A stretch of DNA of 64,000 bases from Eledone cirrhosa (taxonomy: Eukaryota): assembly GCA_964016885.1 (NCBI GenBank), contig OZ024757.1, forward strand, positions 9,114,001 to 9,178,000, read 5' to 3'. Position 1 is the first letter of the stretch, and each line of letters begins with the position of its first letter. Made by a program: the position numbers and the translations under genes. Below are positions 39,295 to 54,084 of this stretch, one piece after another. The notes under the pieces are model-generated. The model saw only the letters and a list, made by a program, of their open reading frames with translations. It made no database searches and was not told the DNA's origin.

Positions 39295-40062
39295 GTTATA
39301 GTTATAAATAGATGGTTACTACACTTTAATATATTATTTTAATTGATTTGTATCCAGTATTACTTCCATAGTTGATATGTTTGTCACTCTGGTGGTTTTT
39401 AATCCCCTATGATTGAACACATATCTCTATGTGTACTTCTCTCTATATGGTGATTTATAAAGAACCCGGAATCTAATCCTTGAGCTCATTAAATTATAGG
39501 GGATTAATGTGAGTCTTTAACAAATAATATATCATACACAAAACGCCAGCATCAACAGTTTTCCAAGAGATGTCAACATGAATGGACCTGTTATCCAAAG
39601 ATATGTTTTCCAATTCCATCTTGCCCGTCCCTTCAATTTAACTAATGTGTCATTCTTTCTTCTGATAAAGGACTAGCATCTGAAACGTTAAGACCCTCTT
39701 CCTGCTATTTCAAGCATTAACCTAATATATTCCTTCCATATACTGTACTGATTGTGTTGTTATTTCTGTTTACCCTTTACATATATATATAAAATGGAAA
39801 AACTCGGTGTTTAAACAGCAAAATACCGTCAAAGCTGTGTTGGGTAAAACATTACCTCGAAGGACAGAAGTCAGCAGCTTGATGTGAGTTGACTCAAAGA
39901 AATGATCGGAAGGAAGAAATAGAATGGGTGAGAGGTCACAAATATTAAAATACATTCATCAGATCTCAGACCACCTGCAGTTTCAATGATTTATCTGAGA
40001 TTACTGCGAAGAATGGGAGGCTCGTAACAACAGAGAAATAAATATCTTTGTTGGCACCCATT

Positions 40063-40965
40063 CTATTTCTTCCTTCCTATCATTTCTTCACTATATTTAT
40101 TGTTAATTCTCACCTTGCTCACTGTTTCTTTATACATGGCTCTCACATGCCATTCATCTACTCCTAGTTTTCTAAGGGTCCACCAGAAAATGTAGCTGGG
40201 GACTCTGTCTAAGGCTTTCTCCAAGTCAACGAAAGCTAAGTAGAGGGGTTTACTTTTAGCTAGGTACTTCTCCTGTAGTTGTCGTACAAGGAAAAGAGCG
40301 TCTGTGGTACTTTTACCTGACAGAAACCAAAACTGCATTTCATCTAGATCAATTCTGTCTCTGATTAGTTGTGCTATAACTCTTTCTGTGACCTTCATGA
40401 CCTGGTCAACTACCTTAATGATTCTATAGTTCCCCCACCTATAGCATCTCCTTTTCTCTTGTAGCAGTTAACGATGATGCTGCTACCCCAGTCCTTTGGT
40501 ATGACCCCATTCTGTATTACTTGGTTTACTATCTGGGTGTCCATAGTATGTCCCACCATTCCATATGCCTTCAACATCTCAGCAACTATCTCCAAAGGCC
40601 CAGCTGCCTAGCCTGTCTTCATATCTTTGATTGCCTTACTTATTATACTACCTTTAACTTGCACCGCTGTTCCTTCTATTGGATCAATGTGGGGCAGACT
40701 ATTTTTTTCTCATTTATTCTCCTCTTTTAGTAGTCCCCCGTAGTGACACTTCCAAGCTACCTTCTTATCAGTATCAGTGAGGGCAAGTACACCATAATCA
40801 TTACAGACACACTTCTCCCTGACAATATCACAGTTTTCCTTGACACATTGTCTTGCAATCCTGAACACCTCACGTTGTTGGTCCTCACATTGTAGAACAT
40901 ACTTGAACTTTCTATCCTGTGCGTCCCTCCGTGTAACGTACACTTGTCTCCTAGCCACCCGATAG
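40063..40965 (-). mobile_element. RTE-clade LINE fragment (duplicate of 4721-5625)
   Basis: ORF-track RT motifs LAFVDLEKALDRVP and IPKDWGSSIIVNCYKRKGD. Confidence 0.92.
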
Positions 40966-41116
40966 TGTTCTCTACTTCCCCCATCCCACCATACTACTCC
41001 ACCAAGCCCATTGTCATTTCCCACCCAGAAAGGTTAATAACATCGTTTTAAATCACAATGAATCTAGCAGACGCGCCCCTCCACCTATTCTCTTGAACAC
41101 AAATATATATATATAT

Positions 41117-41191
<75 letters not shown>

Positions 41192-41971
41192 TTCAAGAGT
41201 AACCGATCTTAAAGAGAGGGATGGAGATAGGAGAGGAGAGATTGGTGAATTAGTTAGAAGCCAAAGCGTAAAGGCATGTGCTCAATGTGCAATATGCAGT
41301 GGAAGGCAGCTAGGTGGCTGGGTTCATGCAGAGGTTAGGTGCACAGAGCTGGAAATATTCATTAGTTAAACAAAACAAGACCACAAATCTCACAAGGAAG
41401 ACATTATTAAAAGATTGTCAACATATTTTAGTTTGATGTAAGGAATGTAAAGAATAATAATAATAATATTTATAATAATAATGTCCGTTTACAATTGTCT
41501 CGTTACTCCATATAATATTTCTGGATCAAATGATTATATATCATTATTGATCTGGTTCAGTTGAAAATAATTAACATAGGTAGAAATAGAGCAGCTCATC
41601 GGAACTTCAAAAGGAATATAAATTAAAATAAGGAAAGAATGTTACATTATTATTATTAATATTATTATTACATTATTATTATTATTATTATAGTAATGTA
41701 CTGGGTAATTTGTTGGCCTTGTGCCTAAAGTAGAAACAATTATTACATTATTACATTATTATTATTAATCCCGCCGAGGTTAACTTTGCCTTTCATCCTT
41801 CCGGGGTCGATAGAATAAAGTACCAGTAATGCCTTGTGCCAAAAGTAGAAACAATTATTATTAATATTATTATTATTATTCCCTACATTCCTTGCATCAA
41901 ACTAAAATATGTTGACAATCTTTTAATAATGTCTTCCTTGTGAAATCTGTGGTCTTGTTTTGCTTAACTAA

Positions 41972-42034
<63 letters not shown>

Positions 42035-42666
42035 ATAATAATAAATTTGAAGACTAAAATCTAAAGCGGGCTTGATAAGGATAAATATATATGAGATATA
42101 TAAGAACCGTAGAGCAAATATTTATTAAAATAACAGATTAAAGTTTAAGCAACTAATCGTTTTGTCTTTGCGTGTAATTGATTTCACCGCTCCAAATAAT
42201 GACGTATTATCTTCGTTTTTTTTTTCGTTCTTTGACAGGGAATGTTTTCCACGAACCAAAGTATCGTCTTCCTGTCTTCCTTCAGTTGTAACGTTTCTCG
42301 AAATATTTAATTCTGCGTTCACAGATGGATTCACACATATATTTATATATCAGGGATTCCCAACGAGGGGTGCACGACCCACTGGGGTTAATTTGAATAT
42401 AATAGGGGCCAAATTTAAAGTGATATAATACGACCCAACTTCCAGTTACACTTCGTCTCCACATGTTATCGTGTATCAGGCAGCACCTACGAGAAGTCTG
42501 TTTATATTTTGGAGTTTATTTTTATATTGAAGGGGAACATAACATATTTTAGATTGAGGAGGGGCATGGTGCAGAAAGGACACACACTTATATATATATA
42601 TTTATGGATATGTGCATGTTTGTGTGTGTGTATATATATAAATATATACACGCGCGCGCACACACA

Positions 42667-42716
<50 letters not shown>

Positions 42717-42751
42717 GCATATATATAGATATATAATATCTATATATATGC

Positions 42752-42821
<70 letters not shown>

Positions 42822-43161
42822 ACCATATATATATATATATATATATCAGTTGTTCCCAAACTTTTCTGCTACATGCCCCTCCTCAATCTAAAATATGTTT
42901 ATGTTCCCCCTTTAATATAAACACAAACGGAGTCTTGTAAAACTAATATAAAGTAGAAATCCTTTAATGTACTGGGGCTGATATTAACAAAATAATATAT
43001 TGGATGTGTTGCCCCAGCATGTCCTTGGTCGATTGAGCAACTAAAGCAATAACAAAAAAAAAATAACTTTAAAATTATTTTAACCACTGAAAATCCGAGG
43101 TGAAAATTGAACTCACGACCACAGATTATCTAAAAATTGAAAAAACTTTATATAAATATAA

Positions 43162-43539
43162 ATCATCATCATCATTTTACGTCCGCTTTTTCCTGCTTGC
43201 AAGGGTGGGACGGGAACTGAATCTGGCTTGATTTCTACAGCTGGATGCCCTTCCTAACACCAACCTCATTTACAGTGAGTGCTGGGTGCTTTTTTGCCGT
43301 GGCACCTACAAGTCCACTTTACAGTGTGGGCTGGGTGCTTTGATTGCCGTGGTACCGCCATGACCACTTTACAGTGGAATGATAGGGACCCCATTCCTAT
43401 CATCTCATTTCTACAGCTGAGTAAACTGGAGCAATCTGAAATAAAGTGTCTTGCTCAAGGAAACAACACATCAAGTCTGAGAATTGAACTCACAACCGAT
43501 TGCAAGGCCAATGCTCTAACCACTAAGCCATGTGCCTCC
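43162..43539 (-). mobile_element. tRNA-derived SINE with RTE-like 3' tail and (GAT)n end
   Basis: Minus strand ggaggcacaTGGCTTAGTGGttagagc (A box) ... GAGTTCAATTCTC (B box) ... ggaagggcatccagctgtagaaa ... (gat)n; other copies at 47221 and 58122. Confidence 0.85.
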
Positions 43540-43835
43540 AAAAATATATAAATATATATATAATAAAGTATGTCCATAGAAACATTTGATAACATATATA
43601 CACCATTTCCTCTCCCAATCAGCATAATTAACCACACACAAAACCAATTAAACCAGGCAATAAGATTAAAAGACACCTATGAAGAAATAATAGATAAACA
43701 GCCATAGAATATTTACCCAGTATTTCCAACAGCACGTGGGAATCGATTAAATATATCGTCAACCATACACAATTAGGTATAAAATCAAAGTTAGAAGAAA
43801 AAATGTATATAAACATACCAAAATTAAATATATAT

Positions 43836-43870
<35 letters not shown>

Positions 43871-43872
<2 letters not shown>

Positions 43873-44457
43873 CAGGTCACTCTCAAGTGCTACTGGTAAC
43901 ATGTAACCCAGTACAACCTGTCACATGGTCGGGTCGTCGGCGACTAAACCGGCAACCCCATCAAGTTTACTTGGTGAGGAGGGTGATTTTGGACATCCTG
44001 CAGGACAAAAACAAAACCTGTCAAAGGGCGGAAAAACGAATAAGAGTCAATGGCCATCCAAAAATTTTGTAAATGAGTATATAGTGTATATTTGGTAGCC
44101 TTGGTCGGCAATCTGTTTAGGGGAGGGACCATTCTGATTTCAAAGCCAGGGTGGACAGAGCTCTTTGGCCTTGATAGGCAATCTGTCAAACCAATCCTGA
44201 CTGGGTTAAACGACGACATTGGTAAGAAGGATGTCGGATCAGTAGATAAAGCAATGATCAAGTAACTGTGAATTTGGTTGATACTACTAGTGGCAAGGCG
44301 ATCATATCAACTATTGTTTGGATGTTTCGGTGAGGCACAACCGCTCTAACACAGAGTACTGCTTTCACTTGTATGGAGTAGAGACCGCAAGTGTATATCC
44401 AGCTATTGAAAGCTAAAAAGGAGAGCAAGCTCGACCTGATGATGATGATGATGATGA
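43871..44457 (+). mobile_element. Short non-autonomous retroelement with (GAT)n tail, possibly RTE-derived
   Basis: Bounded by (TA)n; GC-richer 5' part (cgactaaaccggcaacccc) and (gat)7 tail; no ORF homology recognised. Confidence 0.4.
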
Positions 44458-44845
44458 TATATATATACAGTAATAATAATAAATTTGAAGACTAAAATCC
44501 AAAGAGGGCTCGATAAGGATAAATATATATCAAATATATAAGAACCGTAGAGCAAATATTTATTAAAATAACAGATTAAAGTTTAAGCAAAGAATAACTG
44601 CTTTCACCCTTAACGCCATCTTCTGAAACTAAAAAAAAATCAATCTGTGAACGCAGAAGTAAATATTTCGAAAAACATTGCAACAGAAGGAAGACAGGAA
44701 GACGATATTTTGGTTTGTGGAGACGTTCCCTGGCAAAGAACGGATAAAAACGAAGATAATACGTCATTATTTGGAGCAGAGAAAACAATTACATGCAAAG
44801 ACAAAACCACGTTTATGGTATAACTGAAGTCATAGACTAAAATTA

Positions 44846-45050
44846 TATTTAAGAAACCGAATAATTCTCGGCTTCAGAATTAAGAATAATGTAAATAAAT
44901 TACAGAGGTTATTGAAATCAACAATAATTAAATATATAGCTGCACGCCTCCATATACGTACATAGACATGCATACGTGGAAACACCCGCCATGGATATGC
45001 AAATACAGGCACGTACACTCTGAAGCCGAGAATCATTCGGTTTCCTAAAT
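44846..45050. repeat. ~33-bp inverted repeats (MITE-like)
   Basis: tatttaagaaaccgaataattctcggcttcaga / tctgaagccgagaatcattcggtttcctaaata. Confidence 0.7.
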
Positions 45051-45074
45051 AGAATTTTTTTTACTTAGTTCCAG

Positions 45075-48000
45075 GTCACTGAAACTCATTAATTTGAAAG
45101 GTATTAGTAGATTATATGCTACATTTAATACAGAAATGGCCTCTAAAGGGCTAGAACTCTTCAATTTGAAGGAAATAGTAGATTATATGCCACATGTAAT
45201 GGCTTCTAAAGGAGTAAAGCTCAATAATTCAAAGGAAATAGTAGTGTATGTACAATATTTAATACAGAAATGGCTGTCAAAGGACTAGAACAAATTTATT
45301 TGGAGTAAATAGTAGTATATGTGCAATATTTAATACAGAAATGGCTGTCAAAGGACTAGAACGAATTTATTTGGAGTAAATAGTAGTATATGTGTAATAT
45401 TTAATACAGAAAAAGCTTCTAAAGGACTGGAACTCTTCGATTTGAAGGAAATAGTACAGTATATGCAATATTTAATACAGAAATGGCTTCTAAAGGACTA
45501 GAAATCTCCGATTCAAAGGAGAAATAGTAGTATATATGCCATATTTAATACAGAAATAGCTTGTACAGGACGAAAACTCATTAATTCAAAGGATATTAGT
45601 ACATTATATGCCATATTTAATACAGAAATGGCTTGTACAGGATGAAAACTCATTAATTCAAAGGATATTAGTAGATTATATGCCATATTTAATACAGAAA
45701 TGGCTTCTAAATGACTAGAACTTTTAATTTGAAGGAAATAGTACATTATATGCCATATTTAATATGGAAATGGCTTCTTAAGGACAATAACTCTTTAATT
45801 CGTAGTAAATAGTCGTATGTATGCAATATTTAATACAGAAATGGCATCTACAGGAATAAAACACTTTAATTTGAAGAGTATTAGTAGATTATATGCAATA
45901 TTTAATACATAAATAGCTTCTACAGGGCTAGAACTCATTAAATCAAACAAAATAGTAGTGTATGTGCAATATTTAATACAGAAATGGCTTCTCAAAGACT
46001 AGAAATTTTAATTCAAATAAAATAGTACATTATATGCCATATTAAATATGGAAATGGCTTCTTAATGACAAGAACTCATTAATTCGTAGTAAAGAGAAGT
46101 ATGTATGCAATATTTAATATGTAAATAGCTTCCACAGGGCTAGAACTCATTAATTCGAAGGGAATAGTAGTGTATATGCAACATTTAATACAGAAACGTC
46201 TTCTACAGGATGACAACTAATATATTTGGAGGAAATAGAAGTATATATGTAATATTTAATTCAGAAATAGCTTCCAAAGACCTAGAAACCAGTAATTCGA
46301 AGGAAATAGTAGAGTATATACAATATTTAATACAGAAATGGCTTCTAAAGCACTAGAACACTTTAATTTTAAGGAATTGTACAGTATATGCAATATTTAA
46401 TAAAGAAATCGCTGTCAAAGGACTAGAAATAATATATATTTGCAGGAAATAGTAGTATATATGTAATGGCTTCTGAATCACTAGAACTCTTTAATTTGAA
46501 GGATTTTAATAGATTATATGCAATATTTAATACGTAAATAGATTCCACAGGGCGAGAACTCATTAATTCGAAGGAAATATCGCACATACACTACTATTTC
46601 CCTCGAATTTATGAGCTTTACTCCTTTAGAGGCAATTTCCTTATTACATGTGGCATATAATCTACTATTTCCTTCGAATTGAAGAGTTCTAGTAATTTAG
46701 AGGCCATTTCCGTATTAAATATAGTATAAAATCTAGTAATACCCTTCAAACTAATGAGTTTCAGCCCTGTAGAAGCTATTTCTGTATTAAATATTGCATA
46801 GACACTATTATTTCGTTCAAATTAATGAGTTGTAGCACTGTAGAAGCTATTTATTAAATATGGCATATAATCTACTAATATCCTTCAAATTAATGACATT
46901 CAGCCCTGTAGAAGCTATTTCTGTATTAAATATTGCATATACACTACTATTTCGTTCAAATTAATGATTTCTAGCCCTGTAGAAGTTATTTATTTATTAA
47001 ATATTGCATATAATCTACTAATACTCTTCAAATTAAAGAGTTTTAGTCCTGTAGAAGCCGTTTCTGTATTAAATATTGCATACATACTACTATTTACTAC
47101 AAATTAAAGAGTTCTTGTCCTTAAGAAGCCATTTCCATATTAAATATGGCATATAATGTAATATTTCCTTTGAATTAAAAGTTCTAGTACTGTAGAAGAC
47201 ATTTCTGTATTAAATATTGCATGGCTTAGTGGTTAGAGATTTGGCCTTGCAATCGAAAGTTTGTGAGTTCAATTCTCAGACCGGGTGATATGTTGTTTCC
47301 TTGAGCAAACACTTTATTTCACATTGCTCCAGTTTACTCAGCTGTAGAAAGGAGATAATGGACTGGGGTCCCTTTCATTCCACTGCAAAGTGGTTGTGGA
47401 GGTGCCAAGGCAAAAAAAGCACCCAGCACACACACACACAGTAAATGAGGTTGGTTTTAGGAAGGGCATCCAGCTGTAGAAATTAAGCCAGAATAAGTTG
47501 CTATCTCACCCTTGCAAGCAGGGAAAAGCAGACGTAAATTGATGATGATGATGATGATGATACATACTACCATTTCCGCCAAATATATTAGTTTTAGTCG
47601 TGTAGAAGCCATTTCTGTATTAAATATTGCATATACACTACTATTTCCTTTGAATTAATGAGTTCTAGCCCTGAGGAATCTAGAAATGGCCTCTAAAGGA
47701 CTAGAACTCTTCAATTTGAAGAAATAGTAGATTATATGCCACATGTAATGGCTTCTCAAGGAGTAAAGCTCAATAATTCAATGGAAATAGTAGTGTATGT
47801 GCAATATTTAATACAGAAATGGCTGTCAAAGGACTAGAACGAATATATTTGGAGTAAATAGTAGTATATGTGCAATATTTAATACAGAAAAAGCTTCTAA
47901 AGGACTAGAACTCTTTGATTTGAAGGAAATACTACAGTATATGCAACATTTAATATAGAAATAGCTTCTAAAGGACTAAAACTCATTAATTCGAAGGAAA

Positions 48001-49122
48001 TAGTACATAATATGCAATATTTAATACAGAAATGGCTTCTAAAGACCTAGAAATCTCCGTTTCAAAGGAGAAATAGTAGTATATATGCCATATTTAATAC
48101 AGAAATAGCTTGTACAGGACAAAAACTCATTAATTCAAAGGAGATTAGTAGATTATATGCCATAATTAATACAGAAATGGCTTCTAAATGACTACAACAT
48201 TTAATTTGAAGGAAATAGTACATTATATGCCATATTTAATATGGAAATGGCTTCTTAAGGACAATAACTCTTTAATTCATAGTAAATAGTAGTATGTATG
48301 CAATATTTAATACAGAAATTGCTTCTACAGGACTAAAACACATTAATTTGAAGAGTATTAATGGATTATATGCAATATTTAATACATAAATAGCTTCTAC
48401 AGAGCTAGAACTCATTAAATCAAACGAAATAGTAGAGTATATGCAATATTTAATACAGAAATGGCTTCTAAAGCACTAGAACTCTTTAATTCTGTATTAA
48501 ATATAGCATAAAATCTAGTATTACCCTTCAAATTAATGAGTTTCAGCCCTGTAGAAGCCATTTCTGTATTAAATATTGCATAGACACTACAAATTAATGA
48601 GTTGTAGCACTGTAGAAGCTATTTATGTATTAAATATTGCATATAATCTATTAATACTCTTCAAATTAAAGAGTTTTAGTCCTGTAGAAGCCATTTCTGT
48701 ATTAAATATTGCTTTCATGCTACTATTTACAACAAATTAAAAGGTTCTTGTCCTCAAGAAGTCATTTCTGCATTAAATGTGGCATATAATCTACTAATAC
48801 CCTTCAAATTAACAAGTTTCAGCCCTGTAGAAGTAATTTCTGTATCAAATATTGCATATACACTACCATTTCAATTCAATTAATGAGATCAAGCCCTGTA
48901 GAAGCTATTTATATATTAAATATTGCATATAATCTACTAATATTTTTCAAATTAAAGAGTTTTAGTCTTGTAGAAGCTATTTCTGTATTAAATATTGCAT
49001 ACATACTACTATTTACAATGAATTAAAGAGTTCTTATTCTTAAGAAGCCATTTCCCTATTAAATATGGCATATAATGTAATATTTCCTTTAGAAGCCCTT
49101 TCTGTATTAAATATGGCATATA
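45075..49122. repeat. Diverged 71-bp AT-rich satellite with strand inversions
   Basis: aatatttaatacagaaatggcttctaaaggactagaactc... at 45254/45325/45396; orientation flips at ~46582, ~47681 and ~48491. Confidence 0.92.
47221..47560 (+). mobile_element. tRNA-derived SINE inserted in the satellite
   Basis: tggcttagtggttagag ... gagttcaattctc ... (gat)n tail; satellite phase resumes after it. Confidence 0.88.
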
Positions 49123-52030
49123 ATAATAATGAAATATTGTGTACAGTGCTCAGGTGCACTACAACTCATCAACAAGTGTATGTATAGTACATAGGGTAAT
49201 GTACAAATGTCAGGAAAATGAACAGTGCATGAGTCATGATACACACACGTGTGCATGTGTATGGAAGGGGGAAATCAGGTGTAGTTTTGGCGTATTTCGG
49301 GAAGCATGAGTGTCTTAAAGGATGCAGTGTCTCGACAGCTAACAACTGACGCAGGTAGTTTGTTCCATGCTTCAGCAACTCTGAGCGTGAAAAAATGTTT
49401 CTGAAAGTCATGGGAGCTGTGCTGTTTTCTGATTTTGTAGGCATGTCCACGTGTGTTAGACACATGGAGATCAAAATGGTGCTTAGGGTTCTAATTGGCT
49501 AGATGGTTAATAATTTGTGGGTATTTACCAAGTCCATTGCCAGACGTCTGAGCTTCCATGAATCCATGCCCAGGGAAACAAGGCATCAGAGTATGGTAGG
49601 TGTCTGATGGAGCGTATGCGCTTGGTTGCACGTCTCTGGACAGTTTCCAGGAGGTCAATGTTCTGAGCAAGATAGGGGTTCCAGACTGATGATGCGAATT
49701 CCAAGTGTTGTCGTACCATAGGTGTATACAGTTTAAATAGATGGCTGGAGAGCGGCTAACAAAGGTCTTGCTGAGTGATGCCAAGACACCCTCGGCCTTC
49801 TTGACAATCTTAGAGATATGCTTTGTCCAACACAAATCGCTGCTGACAGTAATGCCCAGGTCACGTTCACAAGAGGACTTCTTGATATCAGTGTTGTGGA
49901 GGGAGTATGTGGACGCTGCATTTTTCCTTCCAAAATGCATGGTGGTACACTTGTCCACAGCCAGCTTCAGTTGCCATTCTGTGATCCATTGCTGCATTGT
50001 GTCCAGGTCTGATTGTAGGAAAGAGTGGTAGATTTCTGGATCAGTCCTTTTGATTTCAAGGTACAGCTTGATGTCATCTGCATATTTCAGTACCATGGCA
50101 TTCTGTAAGTTGGCATCTATGTCATTAATATATGCCACAAACAAAAGGGGACCAAGAACAGATCCCTGTGGTACACCAGATGACATATCATATGGTGAAC
50201 AATGCTGTCCTAGAACCGTGACTACCTCTTTTCGGATGAGAATGAAGGATTTCAACCAGTTAAAAAGATCATCCCTCACACCCATTGCAGAGAGTTTTGC
50301 CATAAGTCTTTTGTGTGGCACAGAATTAAAAGCCTTAGCAAAGTAAAGGTAAACAACATCCACCCATGAGCCGCTGTCAGTGATCTGGGTGATGTCTTCA
50401 AGGAACTCGATAAGCTGATCACAGCAGCTGGAGTTAGGGATAAATCCAAACTGTGAGGGCCGGATGAGGCTGTGAGAGCTCCAGAAGTTCCAAAGTGTTT
50501 CTCTGACACAGGATTCCATCAGTTTGGCCATACAGCTAGTAAGACTGACTGGACGATAGTTGACAGGTGACATGCGGTTGCTCTTTTTGAACAGGGGAAT
50601 GACACTGGCAGTTTTCCACTGCTCCGGAGTAGCACCATTTTTGAGACAGTATTGAAAGAAGAAAGAAAGCTGGCGCAAAAGGAAATACCCGCCACGTTTG
50701 AGAAGCAGGTATGTCACACCATCAAGACCAGGGGAGGCATAGTTGCGCTTATTCTTAAGGTGACGTCGCAACATTGCAGGTGTAAATTCCATAGTTGTTA
50801 TGGAATTTGATGTTAGAGATGGTGGAGATGGTACGTTCTGGTTTTCAACAGTAAAAATCCTTGCATAGCACTCAGCAATGAGTTCTGCGCATTCTTTGGG
50901 AACGTCAGTGATCTGGCTTGTGTGGGGATTGTGAAGAGGACCAACTGGGGAGTGAGGTCTCTGCTTTGAATGAACATATTTCCAGAACACCTTACTGTCA
51001 GGAAAGGTTGCTATGCACTGTTCAAATTCAAGCACTGCCTTCTTTGTCCCTTGCTTGAGATGGTTAGAAGATTTATTCCGCTTTTTTTCTGTTGGCATCT
51101 GATTTATGCAGTTTATATTCCCGTTCAGCATCCCAACATTCTTTCCTGGCAAGTCGGACTGCTGAAGTTTCCCAAATTGCACTTTTGGGGTGGTTTTTTT
51201 CTGCTTACGTGGCACCGATGCTGCACACGCTATCCATATTGAGTCCAGGATGCTCTGGAGTATAGTGTTCACATCTCCAGAGTTATACATCTCATGCCAG
51301 TTTGGGCGCTGTAGCTCAGTGCAGTACAAGTTCCAATCTGCTTTATTCCAATCAAAGCAAGCAGATTGGAGATGGCTCTGGTTTTTGTTGCTGCCCGCAA
51401 GAGCCAGATTGGCAATGATCATAGCATGATCAGATTCGCCTAGAGGTTCCTCAGTAGAACAACTGATAACCACTTCAGGAGAGTGTTGAAGATCAGGTCC
51501 AAAGTGTTGTCACCTCTTATTGGAGAGGTGACTACTTGTGACCAGTTTGAGTCCAGCACTAGTTCAAGGATATCGTTTGCACCTTGTGGCCAACGAAAGG
51601 TTTCCCAATCGATCTCACGATGATTGAAGTCACCTGCAATAAACACATAAGTGGCTGTTTTCTTGGCAGCAACTCTGAGGATATCGCAAAGCTGTGTGTC
51701 CTGATGGTAGTTTGGGGGGCGATAAACAATACCAAGCAGAAGTATTGACATGGTCATACGTAGGTCACAAAAAAAAACTTCTTGTAATTCGTTCAAATCA
51801 ACGCAAGGAATTACCAAAAAGATTGAACGAATGTAGACCATCACACCACCACCACGGCGATTAATGCGGTCCTTGCAGAAAAGGTTGTACCCAGTAATGC
51901 TGAAAACCCCATCACAGAGTAAGGAATGTGCCCATGTTTCAGTGACTGTGATGAAGTCAGGGTCGATGCTTCTGACGTAGGAGTTAAACAGATGTATCTT
52001 GTTGCATAAACTGCAAGCATTTAAGGACAA
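49123..52030 (-). mobile_element. CR1-clade LINE, nearly complete ORF2 (APE + RT), frameshifted
   Basis: APE motifs ITVTETW, GGGVMVYI, IVYRPP, AGDFN, NTLDLI, GESDH; RT motifs NYRPVSLTS, SGVPQGSVLGPLLF, KYADDIKL; C-terminal NTRGH...FFTLRVAEAWNKLP; 3' tail (ATT)n. Confidence 0.95.
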
Positions 52031-52037
52031 CTACCCT

Positions 52038-52096
<59 letters not shown>

Positions 52097-52187
52097 GACA
52101 GACACACATATGTATATTTATTTTCTTCTTTCCAGAGTGTGTCTGTATATTTGTGTGTTTCACATTTCACAGTGATGGGGTTTATCA

Positions 52188-52439
52188 CTAGTGTTGACTA
52201 CATTTGTGAACAACCAGCGAAGTAATCCATGGGAAGGATTTCTCACATATTTCACAATGGAAGGGTTTTTCTTCAGTGTGACTCCATATGTGGATGACAA
52301 GATTAGAATTATAAGTGAAAGATTTCTCACATATTTCACAGTGGAAGGGTTTTTCTCTACTGTGTATTTTCTCGTGTGAGGATAGTTTCAGTTTTGAAGA
52401 GAAAGTTTTCCTACAAATCTCACAGCTATATTCAGACAT
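52188..52439 (-). CDS. C2H2 zinc-finger protein, 3 fingers (short paralog, possibly a pseudogene)
   Basis: 3 x CxxC-x12-HxxxH-type fingers with degenerate linkers (SREKPF, TEEKPF); same N-terminus and flanks as 59958-60554. Confidence 0.7.
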   Translation of the reverse strand: MSEYSCEICRKTFSSKLKLSSHEKIHSREKPFHCEICEKSFTYNSNLVIHIWSHTEEKPFHCEICEKSFPWITSLVVHKCSQH

Positions 52440-53984
52440 ATTTCTAGCTAGAGATCTTTACATAAAGGATTCTCACCACTTCTACTGATACATTAAGATA
52501 TGTAGATATGGTTAATAGATGCCATGTAGTCTAATATACACAGGGTCCATAAAAGACTGCAGAACTCCGCTTTCTTCTTCTACAAAGTTGTAATGTAGCA
52601 TTTAGTTGGTACAAGTAATAAGACATATGTCAGCGTAATACTGATCTTGGATGAAGAAAAAGCAAGTGCTTATATATATATATATATATCATCATCATCA
52701 CTGTTTTAGGTCCGTTCTTCCACGCTAGCATGGGTTAGATGTGTTGTCCTGTTGTGGGCAGTGTCTGGTCAGCTGACCTTGTCTTGCTCATACGGGAACT
52801 GATTCTGGCTTGATTTCTACAGCTGGATGCCCTTCCTAGCACCAACCTCATTTACAGTGAGTGCTGGGTGCTTTATATATATATATAAGTGATTATTGTG
52901 GAGTATACCACTATTTTATTTGCTTAGGTGAGAGAAGCTCTATTCACAATAACATCCTCAGCTCATAAAACAGATGAATAAAACTTCTATAGTTAAGGTT
53001 CTTGTTATTGAGGACAGTTCAGGTCAGAAGAAAATTAATATCCATAATTTCAAAAGATGAAGGTTAATATATATACATATATATATATATACAGACATAC
53101 AGTGTGTACGTATGAGAGAGAGAAATAGACGTGTGTATAGAAATATGTGTGTACGTGTTGTAATAAGTCAAGATATTTCACTTCAGATACTAGAAAAGTT
53201 CACAATGTTTGTGTTTTAATGGAAAATGAAATAATACGTACTTTAGTTGTCAAATAAAGTCAAGAAAATTTAGTAAAAACTAATTATTCACTGATTTCTG
53301 ATTAAAAAAACATTTTCCTGTCCTGTAAAATGATCAGATGGCAGAAGTTGGGCAGTCTGGTGTTTCTTGTTATGTAATTCTACCAGAATCTCTTCGGGAG
53401 CCTTCGAGATGTTGGTCCAGGCAGTGTTGATCTGGTTCTCTATTAGTGTGGGTGTAATTCCAGTGACGTCCGAGTAGAGACTGTCATAGTTGAGATGTTG
53501 GTGGGCTCGGTTGTTGTAGGCCTCTCTGGTAATAACACAAAACTATTTTCCCTTGTCCGATGAGAGGTATACAAGGTTCTTAGATCTGAGGTTAACTTAG
53601 GGTAGCGAGTTGTGGTCTGGAGAGGTTGTGGTGAGTATGGGTGTGTTTTTGTAGGATCTCGAGAATAAACTCTCACAGTTAAAACTAACATCCTACAAAA
53701 CACACACATACTCCCCACAACCTCTCCAGAGGTGAAAGCAGTGATTCTTTGCTTAAACTTTAATCTGTTCTTATAATATATATATAACCAAGTGGAAAGA
53801 TATATACATATATCTTTTCACTTGGTTATATATATAGAGAAAGAGCCAAATATCGTATAAGGTATATGATATATGGCTCTTTCTCTCTCTCTATATATAT
53901 CTTTATATTTGGTTGTTATGGCTCTCTCTCTCTATATATATATATTTATATATATATATATATCTTTATATTTGGTTGTTATGG

Positions 53985-54020
<36 letters not shown>

Positions 54021-54084
54021 TAGAAAGTGAGGTTTTTTTTACAAAATGAAAAATAACCGGTGTCCTACATGAGTGAAAGTATAA

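Larger units (their letters stand above)
38583..42332 (+). repeat. Segmental duplication copy B of 3229-6977
   Basis: Colinear, high similarity. Confidence 0.95.

Noticed and set aside
43871-43960. HDV-like ribozyme at the 5' end of the RTE-like element (acc tgtcacat ggt ... gtcg tcgg cgac taa)
   Set aside because: I could not assign consistent P1/P2 pairings by eye; it needs a descriptor search.
47221-47285. tRNA gene
   Set aside because: It is a tRNA-derived SINE head with no complete acceptor stem, and it continues into the SINE body.
53345-53720. Possible LINE ORF1 fragment or 91-aa ORF
   Set aside because: No diagnostic motif recognised; cannot be supported without a homology search.
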